Below, one piece after another: positions 57,846-64,000 of a DNA stretch of 64,000 nt. Source of the stretch: an uncultured Vampirovibrionales bacterium (GTDB lineage Bacteria > Cyanobacteriota > Vampirovibrionia > Vampirovibrionales > Vampirovibrionaceae); the NCBI GenBank assembly GCA_964390635.1, contig CAYMIG010000006.1:108995-172994 (forward strand), given 5' to 3'. Each line of letters starts with the position of its first letter. Within the stretch, counting starts at the first letter, position 1. The position numbers and the translations under genes were made by a program. The notes under the pieces were generated by a model. It searched no databases, was not told the DNA's origin, and saw only the letters and a program-made list of their open reading frames with translations.

Positions 57846-58901
57846 TTAGCGGTAATCGATGTAACACTTCGATAGCCAGTGTGACACTTTCCGCAACTGA
57901 CCCATTGAATTGAACAAGTGGGGCGAAAGGCGCACCAGGTCGCCCCGGCGGATGGTGACAATCCTGTGCCGGTAGCCGTCCTGCACAATCCGGTCGGCTT
58001 TGCTTTGCCCTTCGGCGTCCCGTCCCGGATCAAAGGACACGATGCCCGACCAGCGGGTGGGATCCGACACCACCGGCCAGCCGATTTCCAGCAGTTGCTC
58101 GTGCAGGAAGTCCCGGCGCGTTTTCACCTCGGCGGTCACGTTTTCCCAACCGTACCGTTTGAAAAAGTCCAGGTTGCTGGACAGGCGGGCTACGGCTCCC
58201 GGGCCTACCCCGCCTACTTCCCAGCCCCGGGCGGTGGGGTTTCGGCCCGAGGCGGGATCGGGGGGATCGTTGAGGCCCAGCCAGTTGGGAAAGGGAGGCT
58301 GCAATTCCGCCAGTGCCCGTCGGCTCAGCACCATGATGGCGATTCCGGTTCCAGAAACCAGCCATTTTTGGGCCCCGCAGCACCAGAAGTCGATTTCCGG
58401 CACCCAGGATGGCTTTACCCCCGCGGACTGGATGGCGTCCACGCAGGTCCACAGCCCATGGCGATGGGCGCGTTGAACCACTTCCCGCCAGGGCTGCTCG
58501 TTGCCGGTGGTGAAATTGACGGTGGAAACGGCTACCAGACGGGTTTTATCCGGCCAGGGCGCTGACCAGTCCGCGACAGGGCGGGCCTCCACCCCAAAGC
58601 GGGCCAGGTTTTCCCAGGGCAGGGTGTTGGCGGGAAAATCCCGGGCGGCGTACAAGGCCACATCGCCGGGCCGCCAGTTCAGGGCGTAGGCGGCGCCCAT
58701 TAGGCCCAGGCTGGTGTTGGGCATCAGGGCCACCTGATCTGCTTCGCAGCCCAGCCACTCGGCAATTTGCCCCTTCAGCCGCTTGACCTGGGCCATCCAC
58801 TGGGGCACCCGCACGTTGCCCAGCAGTTCCGGGGCAAACAGGCTGGCCAAAAAGGCCCGCACCGGCAGCCGGGCCAGTCCCGCGTAATTCAGGTAAATCA
58901 T
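57846..58901 (-). CDS. Class V PLP-dependent enzyme (C-S lyase/aminotransferase-like)
   Basis: YLNYAG, PNTS, DAIQSAG, GAQKWL, VRLSPHLFN; no desulfurase Cys loop seen. Confidence 0.85.
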   Translation of the reverse strand: MIYLNYAGLARLPVRAFLASLFAPELLGNVRVPQWMAQVKRLKGQIAEWLGCEADQVALMPNTSLGLMGAAYALNWRPGDVALYAARDFPANTLPWENLARFGVEARPVADWSAPWPDKTRLVAVSTVNFTTGNEQPWREVVQRAHRHGLWTCVDAIQSAGVKPSWVPEIDFWCCGAQKWLVSGTGIAIMVLSRRALAELQPPFPNWLGLNDPPDPASGRNPTARGWEVGGVGPGAVARLSSNLDFFKRYGWENVTAEVKTRRDFLHEQLLEIGWPVVSDPTRWSGIVSFDPGRDAEGQSKADRIVQDGYRHRIVTIRRGDLVRLSPHLFNSMGQLRKVSHWLSKCYIDYR

Positions 58902-59602
58902 GCCGGGGGCAATCCGCCGTCCCCGGGCGCCGTCTCCTCGGCCTCGTCTTCCAGCGGCGGTTCGTCCAGGTCTTCCAGCTCATGCACCGAGCGATAAATG
59001 CGCAGGCCAATGGTCAGGATGCAACCGGCCACCATCAGGTTGATAATCCATCCCCACACGGCCATGGATTCCAGACCCAGCAGGCAAAGCAGGCTGCCCA
59101 CCAGGATGATTACCAGCCGGTCGGTTTGCCCGCAGGGGCCTACCGATTGGGTGGAGCCCCCCGCCAGCACGCCCAGCATCCCGAAAATCTGCACCCAGCC
59201 CACCAGTACAATCAGGAAAAACCCGCCCGGAAAAGGCCCATGCGGAAACAGGCCCACCACAATCAGCAGGTCGGTGAATTCGCCCGGCACCCGGTTCAGG
59301 TAGCCGCCCAGATGGCTTTGCTTGCCAAACTCCTCGGCCACCAGTCCGTCCAGGGTGTTCAGAACCATGCGGGCCACGATGGCGGCCATGGCCCAGCCCC
59401 ACTGGGCGGAAAAGAGGAACCAGGCCGCCAGCAGCCCGGGTACGAAGGCCAGCAGGGATAAGACGTTAGGGTTCAGGTGGGCGAGGCCCGGGATATGCCG
59501 CAGGATGCCCCGCAGCCAGTACTTGCATTGGTAAAGCCCGAGATCCGGCTTGATGGGCGGGTGATCCGGCACGTGGGGCTTTCCCGATTCAGGTTCGCTC
59601 AT
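58898..59602 (-). CDS. CDP-alcohol phosphatidyltransferase family (YnbA-like)
   Basis: LYQCK, NPNVLS, RM.LNTLDGLVA...G.YLN...D, GP.GQTDR. Confidence 0.85.
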   Translation of the reverse strand: MSEPESGKPHVPDHPPIKPDLGLYQCKYWLRGILRHIPGLAHLNPNVLSLLAFVPGLLAAWFLFSAQWGWAMAAIVARMVLNTLDGLVAEEFGKQSHLGGYLNRVPGEFTDLLIVVGLFPHGPFPGGFFLIVLVGWVQIFGMLGVLAGGSTQSVGPCGQTDRLVIILVGSLLCLLGLESMAVWGWIINLMVAGCILTIGLRIYRSVHELEDLDEPPLEDEAEETAPGDGGLPPA

Positions 59603-60260
59603 GGTTCAGCTCCCTCTCAAGCTTTTGCATCAACTCCTCTATATTATCCCCCCGATAGGGCTCTTTGAGGGAGACCTTGATTGTCTTGAACGGACGCCAT
59701 AGCGGGGAGCCGGGCGGCCAGGCCTCCCCGGTGCCATCCAGGCGCACCGGCAGGATGGTCCACCCCGCCTTCAGCAGCAGGCGCAACAGGCCCTCCTGCA
59801 GCTGGTTCGATTTGCGCGAGCCGCTGGGGTAGAACAGGATCCAGCCCCGTTTCAGCGCGTGGAGGTCTCTGTGCCAGGCCCGCATGGCCGTGCGGTGCAG
59901 GCGGTCGAACGCCACACCCTGTGACAGCAGCGCAGCGGCCAGGGCTTTCCAGGTGTGGGAGAAAAAATAGTCCTCCGCCGCCAGCACCGCCACCTGCAAG
60001 CGCACGCGGGGCGGCATGCAGGATAAGATGGCCAGGGTGTCCAGGTGGGACTGGTGGTTGGCCACCACCGCCACCCGGGGATCATTCGGCCAGGCGCCGT
60101 GGACCTGCATGCGAAACTGGGTTCTCATGGCCGTCCAGCCCAGCCATCCGCCCAGCCGGCGGCAGGTATCCCAGGTCAGATCCGGTACCCGGGGGTACAT
60201 GCCCAGCTTTTTTTTCAGAGGCTGGCCGAAATCTTCGGTGTGACAATACTGGAACTGCAT
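59589..60260 (-). CDS. PlsC-family acyltransferase
   Basis: ANHQSHLDT, AAEDYFF, FDR, FYPSGSR. Confidence 0.85.
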   Translation of the reverse strand: MQFQYCHTEDFGQPLKKKLGMYPRVPDLTWDTCRRLGGWLGWTAMRTQFRMQVHGAWPNDPRVAVVANHQSHLDTLAILSCMPPRVRLQVAVLAAEDYFFSHTWKALAAALLSQGVAFDRLHRTAMRAWHRDLHALKRGWILFYPSGSRKSNQLQEGLLRLLLKAGWTILPVRLDGTGEAWPPGSPLWRPFKTIKVSLKEPYRGDNIEELMQKLERELNHERT

Positions 60261-60353
60261 CCTTGGCCCCTGCTTGTGTTGCTTCTTGTGACATTTTAGG
60301 CGGGATTGTCCCGTCAACTGTCCGCAATTGTGACAGTTTGGGCAACCGTCACA

Positions 60354-61289
60354 TTAATGCCCGAAGCCCCCGTGAAAATAGCGGGCCAGGTGGAAAAACA
60401 GGGGCGCCACCCATACCAGGCTGTCGATGCGATCCAGAATGCCGCCATGTCCGGGCAGCAGCGTGCCAAAATCCTTTACCCCCAGATCGCGCTTGAAGGT
60501 GCTCATCACCAGGTCGCCCACCTGGCCCCCTGCCCCCACCAGCAGCCCCATGCTCAGCACCAGCCAGCCTTCAAAATGGGGAAAGGCGATGGGCCAGCTT
60601 AAAAAGGTGATGGCTACGCTGGAAGCCAGGGCCAGAAGGGATCCCTCCACGGTTTTGTTGGGAGAGAGCCGGGTCCAGCGGGTTTTACCCAGCAGCTTGC
60701 CCCACAAGAAAGCCAGGGCGTCGTTGAACTGGGTGGTCATCAGCACGAACACCAGGTAGCCCACGCCATAGGCCGCGTTGGCCAGGAACCCCAGGTGCCC
60801 CAGGAACCAGCCAAAGTACACCAGCCCGATGACGGAGAGCGCCATGTGTTGGATGGCCCCCTCGTAGCGGTTGCGAAAGATGGGCACGGTGGTAATCAGT
60901 GCCACACCCCAAATGGGGATGGCCATGAACATGCCGTAATCCCGGGCCAGGCTGGCCAAGGCCAGGGCAATCATGGCCAGATCGGTCAGCAGCATGTAGG
61001 GTTTTTCTTTGTACAGCCCGGTGGCCTTGGCAAATTCCTTGAAGCCATAAATAGAATACAGCGCCACGGCAATAATCCAGGCTTCCCGGCCCAGCCACAG
61101 GGGGATGAAATAGGCCGGCAGCAGGATGAACCATGTGAGATAGGGCTTTTTGGCTGCTTCCAGGGGCTTAAGCCAGATGAAGGCCCCCAGCAGGGCGTAA
61201 ATGCCCAGGGCCATCGCCGTGTAAAAGCCCAGCACCCGGGTATCGGTGCCGAACCACTGGCTGGCGTTCTCAAGCATGGGAGGCATCAT
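60354..61289 (-). CDS. Phosphatidate cytidylyltransferase family (YnbB/CdsA-like)
   Basis: LSPNKTVEG, GDLVMS.FKRDLGVKDFG..LPGHGGILDRIDS. Confidence 0.92.
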   Translation of the reverse strand: MMPPMLENASQWFGTDTRVLGFYTAMALGIYALLGAFIWLKPLEAAKKPYLTWFILLPAYFIPLWLGREAWIIAVALYSIYGFKEFAKATGLYKEKPYMLLTDLAMIALALASLARDYGMFMAIPIWGVALITTVPIFRNRYEGAIQHMALSVIGLVYFGWFLGHLGFLANAAYGVGYLVFVLMTTQFNDALAFLWGKLLGKTRWTRLSPNKTVEGSLLALASSVAITFLSWPIAFPHFEGWLVLSMGLLVGAGGQVGDLVMSTFKRDLGVKDFGTLLPGHGGILDRIDSLVWVAPLFFHLARYFHGGFGH

Positions 61290-61412
61290 TTCCTTTCATT
61301 GTCCCACTATTTTGCCGGCGCGGCTGCCTGACCGGTTAAACGGCAATTTGCAGCCGGGCCCGGTTTTTGTATCATGGTCCCAACACAGCCACAGGGGGGA
61401 CAGGAGAAGCGT

Positions 61413-62972
61413 ATGATTCAACCCGTTGCCGCCGCGCGTTTCAAGCCGGCAGGACACCTCGTTCCGTTCGGATCCAATGCCGCCGCCGACCGGCAGAAGC
61501 TGGAAAAGCTGGCCGCCGAATACCCGGTGATGCGCACCTTCCTGGATCTTATCGATATTCCCACCCCCACCCCGCAGGCCGATCCGCGTTTCGCCCCGGT
61601 GGTGGAAAGCCAGATGAAAAAGATCCAGCACTACGTCATCGATAAATTCAAGGCCATGGGCGTTACCGACATCCGGGTGGAGCCCAACGGCTCGCTGGTC
61701 GTGCGGGTGCCCGGCTCTCCGGGCTACGAGAACGCCAAGCCGCTCATGCTGACCGCCCACCTCGACATGGTGGCCGGCGATAAAAGCGATCCGGCCCGCC
61801 CGGTGACCCCGGTGTTCCTGCAACGGGACGGACGGGAATTCATCGGCACGGACGGCACCACCACGCTGGGCTCCGATGACAAGGGCGGGGTGGCCATGAT
61901 CATGAACACCGTGGCCCGCCTGCAAGGCTTTTCAGAGATTCCGGCCACCGCGGCCCCGCCGGCGTCCTGGGGCGATCGCTTCCGGCAATGGCCCCTGGCC
62001 CAGAAGCTGGCCGCTCGCCAACCCCTGGCCCGGCTCATCGATCGTATCGCCAACCTGCTGAACCGCCTGGCGGCTCTGCTGCCACGGCCACAGGCCCAGC
62101 CGGCCACCCCGGGCAAGGCCCTGGCGCCCATTCCACATGCGCCGCTGGAGATTATCTTCTCCCCTGATGAGGAAAGCAGCTGCGAGTCTCTGAAAACACT
62201 GGATACCAGCCAGTTCAAGGCCAAGCACGTGCTGGTGGTGGATGAGTTTGCGCCCTTTAAAGTAACCACCGGCCTGGCCAGCAGCGTGCAGGTGGATATC
62301 AACGTCTCCAACATCGAGGGCGGCCATTCGGGCGAAAACATCGCTGCCGCCGGCCCGGTGAACGCCATCCTGGTGGCCAACGAGGTGGCCCGCCGCATCG
62401 GCACCGGCATGCAGATTCCGCATCCCACCATCAAGGACATGCCCCTGCTGTCCTGGAATATCGGGGTAACCAACGGGGGCAGCGCCTACAACGCCATCCC
62501 CGAAACCGCCCATGTGGGCATCATGATGCGCAGCTTCGACGCCAAGGCCCAGGAGGAAGCCCTGGCCAAAATCCGTGCCATCGTGGAGCAGGTGCAGGCC
62601 GAGTTCCGCCAGGCTTATGCCCCCTGGCGGCCCAACAACCAGCTGAAGATTGAAATGACCGCCAACGAGGAATACCCGGCCTGGGAGGCGGATCCCAATT
62701 CTCCCATTCCGGGGTGGGGACGCCAGGCGGCCCAGAACCTGCCGGAAAAGCCCCAAGTATCCGTGGGGCCGGTGCATGCCGCCGCGCAGGCCAGTATTCT
62801 CGCCCTGAAGAAGAATGCCGACGGCGAACAGTTTGACGCGGCCCTGATTGGCCCGCACATTGAGGAAGCACACACCAAGCGGGAACGCATGGACTGGAAA
62901 TCCCTGGTGGAGGCCAACCGCTGGCTGGAGGAATGGATTCGCGTCTACACCGCCGCCCAGAAGGCCGGTTAA
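61413..62972 (+). CDS. M20 family metallopeptidase (PepT-like) with FG leader and internal insertion
   Basis: AHLDMV, TDGTTTLGSDDKGG, SPDEE, GGHSG, NAIP, HTKRE. Confidence 0.85.
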   Translation: MIQPVAAARFKPAGHLVPFGSNAAADRQKLEKLAAEYPVMRTFLDLIDIPTPTPQADPRFAPVVESQMKKIQHYVIDKFKAMGVTDIRVEPNGSLVVRVPGSPGYENAKPLMLTAHLDMVAGDKSDPARPVTPVFLQRDGREFIGTDGTTTLGSDDKGGVAMIMNTVARLQGFSEIPATAAPPASWGDRFRQWPLAQKLAARQPLARLIDRIANLLNRLAALLPRPQAQPATPGKALAPIPHAPLEIIFSPDEESSCESLKTLDTSQFKAKHVLVVDEFAPFKVTTGLASSVQVDINVSNIEGGHSGENIAAAGPVNAILVANEVARRIGTGMQIPHPTIKDMPLLSWNIGVTNGGSAYNAIPETAHVGIMMRSFDAKAQEEALAKIRAIVEQVQAEFRQAYAPWRPNNQLKIEMTANEEYPAWEADPNSPIPGWGRQAAQNLPEKPQVSVGPVHAAAQASILALKKNADGEQFDAALIGPHIEEAHTKRERMDWKSLVEANRWLEEWIRVYTAAQKAG

Positions 62973-63000
62973 CGCGGGTCTTCGCCCACGGGCCCAAAGG

Positions 63001-63033
63001 AAAAGACAGCAAGTTGGCTATCTTGCTGTCTCT
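63001..63033. terminator. Terminator hairpin between convergent genes
   Basis: AAAAGACAGCAAG-N8-CTTGCTGTCT. Confidence 0.65.
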
Positions 63034-63089
63034 GATGCAGTGATATGGATAGGCAATAGGAAACAAAACGAACGCGAACCAAAGCGCCT

Positions 63090-63455
63090 CTAATCACGAT
63101 TCAGGAAACGGCTGTATCGGATGGCCTGGACGCCCGCGCCGATGCCGGCGCCCAGCACGGCGGATTTGCCGACGGATTTGTCAAACAACAGGGCGCTGCC
63201 CGCGCCGATACCCGCCCCCACCAGGCCGCCTTTCACAATTTTGCCGGTCCGGGTGTCAAACCACGAGTGGCGGTGATCGTCGTAATAGTAGCGACCGTCC
63301 TGGCTGTAGTGGCGGCCATTGTCGCAGTGCTTGCGGTCATGCTTGTCGTACCAGCAATGGGCGGCCTGGGCCGGTTCCATCGCCATCAGGCTCGTGGAAG
63401 CCAAGGTGCTTGCCGCCAGGGCCAGGCTTAAAAGCGGTTTGTATCGGTAAGCCAT
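63090..63455 (-). CDS. Small exported protein with C-terminal glycine zipper
   Basis: Signal peptide ending AQA, His/Tyr/Asp-rich middle, GAGIGAG repeats. Confidence 0.75.
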   Translation of the reverse strand: MAYRYKPLLSLALAASTLASTSLMAMEPAQAAHCWYDKHDRKHCDNGRHYSQDGRYYYDDHRHSWFDTRTGKIVKGGLVGAGIGAGSALLFDKSVGKSAVLGAGIGAGVQAIRYSRFLNRD

Positions 63456-63604
63456 CGCAAAAACCTCCTGGGGTACGAGAAACTGCTTTCTGGAGCCTAT
63501 CGTAACCGGCGAGCTTGCGATGGGGCATCGGGCGATGGTGTAATTTCGCAGATTAGCCGATGGAGGGATGGATTTTTGGGGCCGGGGGAGGGGCTTTCTA
63601 AGCG

Positions 63605-63633
63605 GCAGAGGCCCCGCACCGCGGAGCCTCTAC
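63605..63633 (-). repeat. REP-like GTAG palindrome
   Basis: GTAGAGGCTCCGC-GGT-GCGGGGCCTCTGC imperfect inverted repeat. Confidence 0.35.
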
Positions 63634-63650
63634 TCTTGACCTTGCTCTGA

Positions 63651-64000
63651 TTAATCCGGCAGGTTGGGGGTGGTGGTGCCAGCCACGCCGGCCTGGTTCA
63701 CGGGCAGCGGTTCCGGCTCCAGCCCACCCCGGAACAGGATGGGGGTGTTCAGGTCGCTGCTGGCGATGGTGGCCGCGTTGCCGTCGCGGTTGGCCACGTT
63801 CCAGACATCGTTGAAGGAAATGGAATTGAAGTTGCGGTCGTTGTTGGCAAAGGCGCCAAAGTTGTCCATCATCACGTTGGCGGCATCCAGCTTTTGCTGC
63901 ATTTGCTGGACCTGCTTGTTGATGAGGTCTCCCCAGAAGCCGAACCCGCCAAACAGCTGGCCCCACCAGGACCAGATTTGCACCTGCTGTTGCAGGTTGT
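63651..64000 (-). CDS. 3' part of a Gln/Asn-rich hypothetical protein (5' end outside the window)
   Basis: Reading frame stays open to the window edge; GC3-rich codons. Confidence 0.6.
   Translation of the reverse strand, partial: NLQQQVQIWSWWGQLFGGFGFWGDLINKQVQQMQQKLDAANVMMDNFGAFANNDRNFNSISFNDVWNVANRDGNAATIASSDLNTPILFRGGLEPEPLPVNQAGVAGTTTPNLPD

Noticed and set aside
57846-58901. Phosphonolipid or sphingolipid pathway call for the lipid operon
   Set aside because: No PEP mutase or phosphonopyruvate decarboxylase is present, and the PLP enzyme is class V rather than the class II serine palmitoyltransferase type.

Overview
GC-rich bacterial chromosomal segment with no photosynthesis genes. 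ClpX and ClpP N-termini look cyanobacteria-like, so the source is inferred (not proven) to be a non-photosynthetic Cyanobacteriota/Melainabacteria lineage such as Vampirovibrionales. The housekeeping backbone comprises dnaB, L25, an actinobacterial-type Sdh1 operon, glgC, kdsC, asd-dapA, holA-holB, split transketolase, tig-clpP-clpX, alr, oppBC, a parvulin and three tRNAs (Leu-TAG, Leu-GAG, Gly-GCC). No CRISPR array, integrase or transposase was seen. The strongest unexplained signal is that about 15-17 unrelated accessory proteins share a Pro/Arg/Ser/Ala-rich, acid-poor N-terminal leader ending in a [PVAL]-x-F-G motif, often with a D-x-[FVL] motif nearby. The cargo includes an acyl-CoA synthetase, a TPM-like protein, a GGDEF protein, a lethal-factor-like protein, adenosine deaminase, uridine kinase, an acyltransferase, an HD protein, an N6-adenine MTase-like protein, an M20 peptidase and several orphans. 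This is a candidate lineage-specific export/targeting signal marking an effector repertoire. Other notable loci are three tandem LysM-like proteins with GLFG/NPF repeats, a seven-gene ynb-like lipid-synthesis operon with added PLP enzyme and degenerate SDR, a desaturase-creatininase fusion and several apparently leaderless promoters. All family calls come from motif recognition by eye; no searches were run.
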